Shown here piece after piece: positions 35,579 to 47,102 of a stretch of DNA of 64,000 nucleotides. Every line of letters starts with the position of its first letter. Position 1 is the first letter of the stretch. The notes beneath the pieces are model-generated. The model had not been told where the DNA came from and searched no databases. It was given only the letters and a program-made list of their open reading frames with translations. Source of the stretch: Takakia lepidozioides (taxonomy: Eukaryota > Plantae > Bryophyta); assembly GCA_030704615.1 (NCBI GenBank), contig CM060734.1:49476001-49540000 (forward strand), in the 5' to 3' direction. Position numbers and translations under genes: made by a program.

Positions 35579-38080
35579 TCATGTATAGCAAGGTTTAAAT
35601 GCTGAAACCAAGCAGAGGTTCTTGGAAGGCATGAAAGTAGTGCGGGGTCCAGGCCCAAGTGCAGGATAAGCCAATCTAGCTTGGACGCCTTTATGAACCT
35701 GGTGGATCGATCCAAGGTAGGTCTTACAGGTCTTTCTAGAGCTGATATTTGGATGCTGATGCAATACATCATTGACACACGTCGTGGAGAGATAGGCACG
35801 AGCTTGAGGTTGTGCCAGACTTGTGACGACAGTGTCTGCAGGCTGCATGCAGGACATCTCCTTCAGTGGATTACTTTCCCAGCATAGAGTTGGAGCCATC
35901 AGATCCTGGACTGGTGCATACGCCTAGCACAGATCAATTACAGTTCACAAGTATTTATTTGGAAGAGTGGAAAGGTAACCCTGAGAGACAGATCATAATT
36001 CACTCCGTAACAGCGAACGTGGGGAGAAGATAAGAATCTGCAGGTGGTAAGGAGCTTCAATGAAATTCCTCTAATCCTCTTACACTCGAACACATTATTG
36101 CAATCAATATCCAAATCAACTTCTGGACGCATATATACTACATCAGTGTACGTTGATGAGATTCTGTGAAACTATCTCTGAATTGAATAACTGCGTATCC
36201 TCTAACTTCAGCTCATGTACATCTCATGTTTCTCACCTCCATCTTATTAAGAAGTTCACATGCTGTGGCGGCAGAGACAACAATGTGCCGAGCTGACAGA
36301 CTCAAAAACCCTTCTTCCAAGCCTTTGTCAAACATCTCCAACAGCGAGTTATAGTAGCCGTCCACATTCAGAACCCCTACCTGCGTCAGAAATCACACAG
36401 TTTACGCCTTTTGATTATGACTCAAGCCCATTGGCTCAGCAAGAGTACAAAAACTCCATAGGTCTAGTGGGTACTAGACTTCCAACATCGAGAAACACTT
36501 CTGCATGCAAGGGTGCCAGATTTTAGTTGGAGGTGCTAGAAGAGGTGCTATATAAATAATAAGACTGTATGTCCGTGCGACAGAGGTGACACTGTAGTAA
36601 AGAGGTCACCTCTGTCGCACGGACATACAGTCTTATTATTTATATGCAGTGTGACTCTGGATATAGAATGTGATTTCTTTTGAGACTCAATGTTCACCAA
36701 CTTACAGGCTTTGCGTGAATTCCAAGCTGTGACCAGGTCACAACTTCTAGCAGCTCCTCTAGTGTGCCATATCCACCTGTAGAAGATACAAGGTCCAGCT
36801 AAGTCAAGGTTACTACACATACGTTTCCCTTCTAAGATTTCCCAAAATTTATTAGGAATTTCAAAATATTGTGCAATATTGCATTCAGACTTCAGGAGAA
36901 GGATATCTTGGAGAGATCCTGGAGGACAGCATAAAGGACATAAATTTCAATACCTGGGAGACCAATAAATCCATCAGCCTGGCGGGCCATTTCAGCTTTC
37001 CGCTGGTGCATGTCATCCACGGCAATCAGATCTCCCACTGTCTGCCCACATATCTGCAGATGATTTCTTTACAGAATCAGCCCTGCTGGTTCCCTTTCCG
37101 TTTGTCCTTAATCAACTGTCCAAGGTGTGTGATATTCCAGTAGCTCGATCAAGAGCTTGTGGAAACCAGGTCATTCCAAGTTGGAGAAGAAAAACTGCAT
37201 AGGTATATATCAAACCAAATCACGATGAATTATCCTATGAGAGAATAATTGTGGGGGCCTACATACCTCGCGTGGCATGAGGGCCTTCGGTATGACACTG
37301 CCATGAGCAATCCATCAAACTTTGTTGGTATCAACCCCATCAATTCCACCTAACTTACTGGTCTATTCAGAACTAAACACATGCTCATAAACATGTTACT
37401 GCATGTGAAAAACGAGCTGCTCTGATCCAAATAACAAAACCTAAGTCAGAGCAGTGTAGGTCGTCCGCTGATAACCGTAATTCCAGACCTCCTCAAGACA
37501 ATGATCAAATGTAAATCACGAACCGCAAGAGCATTAAGAAACACCCTGCAAAGCGTTTCCCTTGGACTTTTCAACGGAGCTTCAACATACCCAATCACAT
37601 GGCCTCCACCGTCATGCACTTTCTGTGCAATATGACCCATAAGCCCAATGCTACCTCCTCCGTACACAAGATTGATTTTTCGCTCCACCTGCATCCACAG
37701 CCAGAGTTTTAATGCATACGTCTACTCATCTGAATAGGAACCTTACAAAGATATTCATGTCATTGATGTACAAATTACAGGTAGTTGATCTCATGTCCAA
37801 AAAGGAAAATCTCGTGAATTCTATACCCAAGATCTCTTAACGAGCTGTGCATCACTTGATTCTCGCCACTCACCCATCTCACCTTACAGTTTTAGGTGAC
37901 ATTGCAGCACCAAGAAAGACTGCAAGATACTCATCCTGGTAGCCTAATCCGGAAGCAGAAACCACTTACCAGTTCCGAGGCAAGTTCAGTAGCAGCATCT
38001 CTGTAAGAGCTCTTCGTTCCACTGCTACTCCCACAAAACACGCATATACGTTTGAAGCGGGATAAATTGCTGGAATCCAT
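35579..38080 (-). CDS. LOG: LONELY GUY cytokinin riboside 5'-monophosphate phosphoribohydrolase; exons 38080-37970, 37688-37591, 37297-37267, 37053-36954, 36776-36706, 36380-36237, 35923-35579
   Basis: [59 protein letters not shown] and [14 protein letters not shown], in the usual 7-exon layout with GT-AG introns. Confidence 0.95.
36550..36645. repeat. perfect 41-bp inverted repeat with 14-nt loop in LOG intron 5
   Basis: 36550-36590 is the exact reverse complement of 36605-36645. Confidence 0.95.
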
Positions 38081-38695
38081 GTCTTAACTGAACACGGCTG
38101 ATACTCGCTGGAGCAAGCCCCACAACGTACAAGAAGAGGGATCCCTTGCAGTGGAGAACAGTATGAGAGATGAAAACAGAGCGTATATATGATAGACTTC
38201 TATCACGGAGACCCGAAAAGCCGAGAGGAATGTGAAAAGGGGACGTCGGGAAGATACATATACACGTGAACACCTTAACTCGCTGTCCCGGAAATAGGAA
38301 ATCTCCAGAAGGCCTCGAGCGGATAGAAGCGAGAAGGAGACGCAGTGTGGCAGGGAAGAAAGGAAGATGCTTAATACGACCGCTGGCGGCCCAAGGGACA
38401 CACTAGAGCAAGAGCGACGGACGGACCTGTTCCACTTTACCCAACGGACTTTTGGCGGATCGACCGCACTTTTGTAGCCCCAAAATTAGTAAAGTATTAT
38501 ATATAGAAAAATATCAACGTAGCCATCCCAACAGCAATCATGCTCAAAGGATATTCCAAGAATAATCCGTCGGGATATACCCCAGCTGTTACAAGAATCG
38601 CTTTTAGTTGATATAAATAGTTATAATGGTGGATGTATATTTGTCCAAATACTAATATGAGTATGAGTATCATGACCACAATACCAGCTGGTATG

Positions 38696-40585
38696 AGGTA
38701 CAGGGAACGACTGTGGGGAACAACACCTGCGAAGGGAACATGTTAGTTCACAGACGACGGTTAGTGAGGGAAACGGTTAGAACCGCGGATAGGAAGATAA
38801 AGGGAGAAACGGGGAAGAGAGGGAGATCATTCGGAGGAGGACTTCTTGGTGATAGAGGAGAGGGGATCGGGCAGAGATGAGGAACGGAAGTGAAGATGGA
38901 GAGATGATGAGTAGATGCTTGATATAGGCAAGGCTGTAATGATATTGTAGAGGAGATTAGAGACACAATGGCTTCGGCCTGATACCTGATAAATCATAAT
39001 CGGATACTTTTACGCTACAAACACACTGTGTAGAGAGATCTGAGTGAAGCTGTGGAATGAATGGATGAGTTGATGGAATCCAATAGATTGATAAAGCAAA
39101 CTGATACTTAATTATCAATGGTAAGATAGTTAACATGAATACCAAAAGGGAAACAAATAGGAAACACCCCCATGATACACTAGCTGTAGGTCATGACTGA
39201 TTGTTCTGCGCGGGCTGAGTACTTAGAGATTTCCAACTCTTCAATCTTGGAGTTTCCGCCTCGAATAGCGAAGGGATGGGTGAGTAAAAGCCGCGCGACA
39301 TTTGGCGACCATACTGGGGACCTGGGACATGAACAACCAGATGTGACAGGCATCTGGTGGGATCATGGTGGTTGGAGGATTAAAGAATTTGAAGTGAATC
39401 AAATTCCCTGTGGAACGAAGGAAGAAAGATTGTCCAAACAATTCTTTCAAAGGTTCTTGGAATTGCCAGACGGATGTAAAGAAAATATTCTTAAACGAGT
39501 GCATGATGCTGATCCAGAATGGGGTCTGGAGAAAGGAGTGATAAAGATTTATCAGGTAGCCTGTAGAGGAAGAGCACGTTGGTTACCAACATTGGTTTAT
39601 GTGATAGCATTGCTATCCATTAAACGAGTAGAGTTTGAAGGCTGGGAAGAAAGAAAGGTGAATGTTTATACTCATATGCATGAAGAGCTTGTACTGGTAA
39701 AGAATTGGATTCCAAAGGATATTTTGTGGATCAAACTCACACCAAGAACAGCTTTTCAGACTTGTTTGCCATATGGTTATATGGTAACGGAGACTTCAAG
39801 TATAGCCAAAGGTGCATTAAAGCTTGAAAGAAACCCAGGCATATACGAGAGATATTACAGAAGAGAGTTTTGGTTATTGCCACATTAAAAGAAATGAAAG
39901 ACATGGGACATGAGTGATGAAAGAGAAGCTAGACGACAGAGATATTCAGCAAAAAGAGAAAGCTATCTGAAAGCTAATTATCCATATCTTTGGGAGAGAG
40001 GAATAGACATAGGGGAATCATCTGGACCTCTCACACCATCAAGATCAAAGAGTGCATCACCTATACCGGAAGAACTAGAGTTGGATGCCACTCCTTCTGT
40101 TTCTTTGCAAGAAAGATTAAGGGAATTGGTACAGGAAGAAGATCAATCACGAGGTGAAAGATCTGAGGTACATCCTTGGATAAAAGACTTGACAGAAATC
40201 TTTGATAAGAGTTGGCATGGAACACCAAAAGCAGGAACTCAAGTTTCTGAAGCAGAAGATGAAGAAGGAGAAGAGGATGTGGCAGAGCCAACGGAGAGTT
40301 CAGACTCTCCAACACCATTACAGTTGAGTTACATGAGTGAAGAAGAAACCCAAGGGTAGAACTTGGAGGATGAAAACAGAGAGAAGAAATTAGAAGAGGA
40401 AGAATATGAAGAAGTAGACCCAACAGCTGAGGTTGAGACTACAACCAGGACATCCCAACCCGTTGGACCTGGATCAAGTGGAGCACTTGGATCACAGGCC
40501 AACGAAGGTGTCGGCTCAGGGGGATCAGGCGGGCTGCCTGGATCTGGCTCTGGGGGGACAGGGAGTGTGGGAAGTAGTGCAACTG
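38696..40585 (+). mobile_element. fragment of non-chromovirus gypsy family: partial 5' LTR (to 39300), PBS, 5' extra ORF, gag N-terminus
   Basis: Colinear with ~58585-60480. The LTR ends GACA at 39300 and is followed by TTTGGCGACCATACTGGGGA. Confidence 0.88.
39193..39888 (+). CDS. extra 5' ORF of the gypsy element, 231 aa, unknown function, starting within the LTR
   Basis: Intact ORF. The second copy (59090-59783) differs largely by synonymous changes. Confidence 0.7.
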   Translation: MTDCSARAEYLEISNSSILEFPPRIAKGWVSKSRATFGDHTGDLGHEQPDVTGIWWDHGGWRIKEFEVNQIPCGTKEERLSKQFFQRFLELPDGCKENILKRVHDADPEWGLEKGVIKIYQVACRGRARWLPTLVYVIALLSIKRVEFEGWEERKVNVYTHMHEELVLVKNWIPKDILWIKLTPRTAFQTCLPYGYMVTETSSIAKGALKLERNPGIYERYYRREFWLLPH

Positions 40586-40587
40586 TA

Positions 40588-40917
40588 TCATCCTTTATGT
40601 GTATTGTATTTATTTTCACTTGATATTTGTTATTTGATAAACTTGTAATTCAAAGATGGCTTTAGAAGTAAATATACATAAATATAAATGTATAGGCAAA
40701 TGTACACATAAATTATAATGGTACACATACCAGAGTAAATGAGGTAGACTGCGGGGGAGTACTGGTATTGTGGCTGGTATGAAGAAACTGATACCAGCCT
40801 GGTCTGGTATATGACCAACTATTCTCCGAAACAATACCAGACTGGTCTGGTATCTCATACCAGTGCATATACCAGTACTTTATACCAGTCCTTCACCTAT
40901 ATACCAGTCCAACACTG
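40588..40917. mobile_element. hAT MITE right end with ACCAG/CTGGT subterminal repeats
   Basis: Ends CCAACACTG at 40917 and carries many ATACCAG motifs. Confidence 0.6.
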
Positions 40918-40925
40918 GTAACAAC

Positions 40926-41765
40926 CAGTGTTGTGGGGGTTCTGCCTTTTTAAGAAACCCGCCGGGTGCGGGTTTTTTTTTGGAGCCAAGTCGGGGTCCA
41001 GATCCGGGTTTTTGAAATTTGGAAAATCCGGGTCCGGGTTCGGGTCCGGGTTTGTCAACACGAACTCGGGTTAGGGTCCGGGTAGTTGTTGGGAAATATT
41101 AGCGGGTTCACGAGTTCGGATCCGGGTCCTAATTTATTGATTAAATAAATTAGAAAAATAAGATTAATTAGGGATAAAATTATTTTTGGCTGGAAAAAAC
41201 TTTAAATCTTAATAATGAATTTTATTTTAAGAGACATTCCTTCAAAATATACCATGAATGTGAATATGTATACCACGAATAAGAATTAAAATAGAGGTTT
41301 GATGTGTGGGATCTGGCCTAATAGTAATATATGACGCCTCCTTTGGGAGGTGTAAATTATGGTCCCATAGGGCACAACTTTGTGACACCACTCTGTGGAT
41401 TGAACCCACAACTGCTTTTGAGGTAATATGTGGGCATTACCACATTAACGTTGTGGGGTTGGCTGCTGCGGCCTATTGCTGCTCATCCCCTCCACATATG
41501 ACAAAACCTACCAAATCTAAGGTGGACCCCGCATGCCCCATCTAAAATTAAGACCCGGACCCTGACCCGCTACATTGGCCCGCTGGTCGCGGGTTTAACG
41601 GGTTCTGGACCCAGCAGGCGGGTCCAGGTCCGGTTCCGGGTTCATTTCTAAAATGAGCCCGGGTTAGGGGCCGGGTTTTTTGTGATAGCACGGGTCCGGG
41701 TGCGGGTAACCCGGATCCTAACCCGCCGGGTACCGGCCTTCAAAACCCGGACCCGCACAACACTG
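40926..41765. mobile_element. non-autonomous hAT element (MITE), 840 bp
   Basis: TIR CAGTGTTGTG / CACAACACTG, perfect 8-bp TSD GTAACAAC (40918-40925 and 41766-41773), and CCGGGT subterminal repeats. Confidence 0.92.
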
Positions 41766-42099
41766 GTAACAACGTTCTCCTACGACCATGACTATGTCGG
41801 CGCCTCCAAATTAGCCCCTCCCCAAAACCAACTTAATAAAATGTGTTGTTGGGCATCTGGCCAGAACCATATTTGGAGCGAGCACTAGGGAATGACATTG
41901 TGCAACTAGATTTTCCCGCTCCGCGAAAAATACAAAGGAAAATTTCGGCAATATCTCTAATAGGAACATGTTGATGGTAGCTTGCTGAAATGAGCTGCCT
42001 AGATTATGATATAGCTTCACTAAAAAAGCCAGCTAGTACCGCCTTGCCTTCCATCTTCTTCTAAGGACCGTAAAGCACTACCAGAAATTTTCTAGTGTA

Positions 42100-42609
42100 T
42101 TTGGACGTCTGCTTATACAGGTGAAGATTTGAGGCAAGTCGTGATAGGGCGTTACGCTTTTTGTGAACATCCTGCGCCAGGCTATCCAGGGCATTACGCT
42201 TTCCGTGACCTCCCGCGCCAACCTGTCTAGGGCGTTACGCGTTCTGTGAACATCCTGCGACAGGATGGACCACTTGAATGATGACCCGTCAGCGAAGAAT
42301 GGTGACGTCAACTAAAAAAATTGTTGTCCGTGCTTTACGCTGGGTAAGTCGCTGGACCTCGAGCGGTAGTCCTCGTAGGTGCCCTCAAATCAGTGAATGC
42401 CCGAGGTCCAAGGACTTACCCTATACATAATGGGGGCAACTCTCTTGCCCAAACCTCTCCCAAGGACTTGAAAATTCAAAGCAAGTCCCACAGAGTAAAT
42501 CGCTGGTTGACCTAGTTACCCCTTTTATAGTTAGGTTGGGTATACTAGGTGGCATCCAACATGAAAGTTGTAAGGTGCCCGTCTGCCCTAAACATTGTTG
42601 GATGCTACA
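42100..42609 (-). repeat. probable LTR fragment of another retroelement inserted just before the protease
   Basis: Starts TGTAGCA on - exactly where pol homology to ~62247 begins. CTATAAAAGGG lies on -, and three GGGCRTTACGC tandem units lie at 42146-42260. Left boundary approximate. Confidence 0.45.
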
Positions 42610-45600
42610 AGGTATAATGTGAGGCCAGAAGGGCAAGAAACAGTCATGGATTTTGATGATTCTATGCCAGTTATCCAGTTGAGAATTGGAAGCACAGAGC
42701 TGGCATATGTACTGATAGTTGGAGGCTCTGGTGTGAATATCATGACAGACCAATTGAGACAGAAGCTAGGTCTAAACAACATGAAACCAGCCCCATTTAC
42801 AGTAACCATGGCAGACCAAAGGAGTGTACAGCCATTGGGATTGATCAGAGGAGTTAAAATCCAGATTCAAGAGATGATCTTTAAGATCACAGTAACTGTG
42901 TTGAAGATGAATGAAGTCCTGGAAGCTTATTCCTTATTGTTGGAAAGACCATGGCTGAAACAAGCCAAGGTGTCTCATGATTGGAATTCACAGTTACTGA
43001 CTGTGCAGGATGGGTTGAACAAGATACAAATCACCACTAAGAAATTTGAAAGACTATCTGCTACAAGAAGACCAAGAGGGGTCAGAGAGTATGATTGGAA
43101 AGAAGGACTGGATGAGGAACATGAAGCTACTTTGTTCGCTGCACACCCAGAGTGGGAACAGGTTGCAGAGATGCAATTAGAAGGCCTGAGTTGTTTAAAA
43201 AGTATCTACTGTGGTGCAGTGACAACAACCCCAATTGAGGAGGAAATAAATAGTTACCCACCACATTTTTACGAGGAAAGGGAAGGAGAGATTGATATCC
43301 TAGAGGAACCAGCCACTGTAAGTCTACAGGATGAAATAGTAACTGGTTGGACAATCACAGCTGATGAGCAAGTGAGGGAAGTGAATGTGGGAACTGAGAA
43401 GGAACCAAGGATGGTGAAGGTAGGGGCGGATCTAGAGCCAGAATTCTTTGAGGAAGCAAAGAGTCTGTTCATTAAATACAGAGATGTATTTGCTTGGAGC
43501 TATGAGGATCTGAAGGGGATACCACCTGAGATCTGTCAACATAAGATTGAACTGGAACCAGTATCAATACCAGTTAAACAGGCGAGATACAGGATGAATC
43601 CCAACTATGCAGAGAAGGTTGGAGAAGAGATCAAAAAGTTGGCTGAAGCTAAATTTATATACCCGATAGAGTACACAACTTGGTTGTCACCCATTGTGAT
43701 AGTTCCCAAGAAAAATGGCAAACTAAGAGTTTGTGTGAACTACAAGAAGCTGAATGCTTGTACGAGGAAGGATCATTTTCCTCTACCATTCACAGAAGCA
43801 GTATTGGACACTGTGGCAGGCCATGAGATGTATTCATTCATGGATGGCTTCAGTGGTTATAATCAAGTACAGGTGGCAGAGGAAGATCAAGGAAAAACAG
43901 CTTTCATCACGGACTGGGGTGCTTATGCATACAAAGTCATGCCTTTTGGACTTTGTAATGCACCAGCAACTTTCCAGAGAGTTATAAGTGAATCTTTTCA
44001 GGAGTACCTTGATGATTTCATGCAGGTGTTCTTGGATGATTTCAGTGTGTATAGCTCTAAGAGTGAGCACTTGCATAAATTGGAGTTGTGCTTGGCCAGA
44101 TGCAGGATGAGAGGTCTGGGCCTGAATCCAGAGAAATGTACTTTCTATGTGAACTCAGGGGTACTTTTGGGACACATAGTGTGTAAAAAGGGACTTCTAG
44201 TGGATCCCAGAAAGACGGAGGCCATTAAAGCCTCCCCACCTCCAGTAAATGCTAAGAGTCTAAGGAGATTCCTGGGACAAACCAGCTACTACAGAAGATT
44301 TGTCAGATGGTATGCACAGATGGCAACACCTTTGAGCAAACTTTTAAAAAAAGACGCAGTGTTTGCATGGACAGATGAATGTCAACAGGCTTTTGAGGAA
44401 CTGACATTGTCAATGACAACTACACCTGTATTGATTAATCCTCACTGGCAGGAAATGTTCCATGTTCACTGTGATGCTTCAGGAGAAGCATTGGGAGCGG
44501 TGCTAGCCCAAAATGTTACAGGAAGGATAGATTCACCTGTGTACTATGCTAGCCGATTAATGAACAATGCTGAAAGAAATTATAGCACAACAGAAAGAGA
44601 AGCATTGGCAATGATCTATGCAGTGAAGAAATTCAGGCATTACCTGTTGGATAAGAAGTTTATGTTCTATGTGGATCACCAAGCTTTGATATACTTGGTA
44701 AACAAACCTCTGATAAGCGGAAGAATAGCAAGATGGTTGATAATCTTACACGAATTTGAGTTTGAGGTTGTTTACAAGCCTGGGAGGCTGCATCTTGTGG
44801 CAGACCACTTGTCACGGTTATCAACAGGTGAATCAGCCACAGGAGTAGATGATCAATTACCAGATGCGAGCTTATTTGCCGTGGAGGTGCAGGGAAGTGC
44901 AGATGATTGGTTAGATTGGCAATGGCCAATCAGATACTATCTTACTCATGGTCAATGTCCACCAAGTTATGGGAAGGAGCAGAGAAAGAGAATTGCTATC
45001 AAGGCTTTACCTTACACTATGGTAGGAAGCAGAATGTATAAGCTAGGACCAGATGGAGTGCTGAAGCGATGCTTATACCACCATGAAGTTGATAAAGTTT
45101 TGGAAGAAGTTCATAAAGGAGTGGCAGGGGGCCATTTTGGAGAAGAGACTACCAGTAGGAAGATACTACTTGCCGGTTACTGGTGGCCTACCTTGTTCAA
45201 AGATGTGCACAAGTATTGTAAAACTTGTGATGAGTGTCAGAGGCTGGGACCATTGCAGAGGTCTGGGAAGATGGCTTTGCATCCTACAATGCCTACTGAA
45301 CCATTTCAGAAATGGGGATTAGACTTTGTTGGACCAATAAACCCACCAGCCAAGAATACACAGAACAAGTATATAATCACAGCTACTGATTATACTACGA
45401 AGTGGGTGGAAGCTAAAGCTTTGAGGGACAACACAGCTAAGTCCACAGCCAGGTTCATGTATGAGAACATACTTACACGGTTTGGCTGTCCCCTGGAATT
45501 TATCAGTGATCAGGGAAGTCACTTCATCAATGAGACCATAGAACTCTTGACTAAGGAGTTCATGATTGTGCATAGGAAAAGTACAACCTATTACCCACAA

Positions 45601-46160
45601 GGTAATGGACAGGCAGAGGCTACCAACAAAATACTATGTACCATCTTGGCTAAAATAGTCAATGCAAACAGAACAGACTGGGATACAAAGCTACTGACAG
45701 CTTTGTGGTCATACAGGACTTCATATAAAGTCACCACTAAGTATACACCATTCCAATTAGTTTATGATATGGAAGCTTTACTTCCAGTGGAGTTTTTATT
45801 ACCTACTATGAGAACTGAATGGGGAAGAAGAATGGAATTGGAAGATTCAATTAAGGTCAGGAAACATGAATTATACCATATGGAGGAAGTACGAGCTGAT
45901 GCAGCTGACAACATGACGAGAATACAGATGAAAAGGAAGGATCAGTTTGATGAAGGGAAGTTGAAGACTTTCAAAACAGGAGATTTGGTTTTGTGGTTAC
46001 AGAAGAAGGGAAAGATTAAGGCTTCTAAGCTTAAATCGCCATGGAAGGGACCTTATGTCATACAAAAGATGTATGATAACAACACGACCATGTTACAAAC
46101 CATTAACAAATAAATGCTGGGCAGGGTCAATGCCAACAAGTTGAAAGGATACAGTGGTAT
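42610..46160 (+). pseudogene. pol (protease, RT, RNase H, integrase), probably inactive
   Basis: 1172-aa ORF with FLDD, HCDAS, HHCC, KWGLD, SDQG and GPY. Protease DGGSG has become VGGSG and RT CVDY has become CVNY; premature TAA at 46111. Confidence 0.92.
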
Positions 46161-47102
46161 ACATGACAAGCCATTGAGGCACAATTTGCATATAGAACCA
46201 CAGGAGCAAATACAGGCTGTTCCAGTAACACCAATGGAGCATAGAATACTTGTCGTTAAACCGGTGAGGAGCGGAAAACACAGATGTTTAAATAGCTATC
46301 ACAGCCCAACACAGGGTCACACAGCCTATCACAGCCCAGCACAGTGTCACACAGTCGCGCACAGCCTAGCACAGGGCGGCACAGCCTGTCACAGCCTCAC
46401 ACAGCCAATCAGAATTACACAGTCCATAGGATTAGTGACAGGTGGACGAAAGAAAACATCAGGGAAATGGCCGGCGGAAGAAAGGGCGGAAGTCAGTTTA
46501 AAAGTGGACGCGTGGAAGTCAGGCCGTGACGCACAGCTGAGAAGGAGCTGCAAGAACAAGTGTCATAAAAAAAAAGGACAGGAGTGGCCGTCAAAGTACC
46601 TACCTACTACGTCAAAGAGGATGAATGGCGGGCCCATTAATGCATACGGAAAAAGGGTAACGGAACATACGGCGAGTACAGAAAAACGAATTTCTTGTCA
46701 CGTGTGTTATCCTAGTGGACAGGCCAGCGGGGAAAATCCACTAAAGAAAATTAATTCTAAAATCCAGTCACAGCGGTTACAGCCAATCATGAAGCAGGAG
46801 CAACTTCAAGAAAGTGAAATGGTTCTGAGTGCAAGAGTCGGTGTCGTTCCAGGTAACGGGCGTCTCGACGGGATAGTTTTGAAGCTATGAGGGAACTAGC
46901 AGATTATACGCTCGCGATACTACTCACGCAGTGGCGAGGAAACAGAACAACAGAGAGTAACTTTTCTCTTGTTCAATGCTTGCAAGCCCCGCAGGTTTAC
47001 AGGACACTACCCATAGCATTTTGTGGCAATCATACGTTTGTGCTTTGTGCTCTGCAGGCATTACTTCAGTTGTTACAGCCACAGCCTTACGGTTTCTCTA
47101 AA

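Noticed and set aside
38440-40917. Pack-type capture of the LTR fragment by a hAT MITE
   Set aside because: ACCAG-rich sequence occurs on both sides, but no left TIR or TSD was found and the orientation does not fit paired ends.
46114-46890. 258-aa ORF after pol
   Set aside because: Only the first ~15 codons are the integrase tail after a premature stop; the rest is microrepeat spacer.
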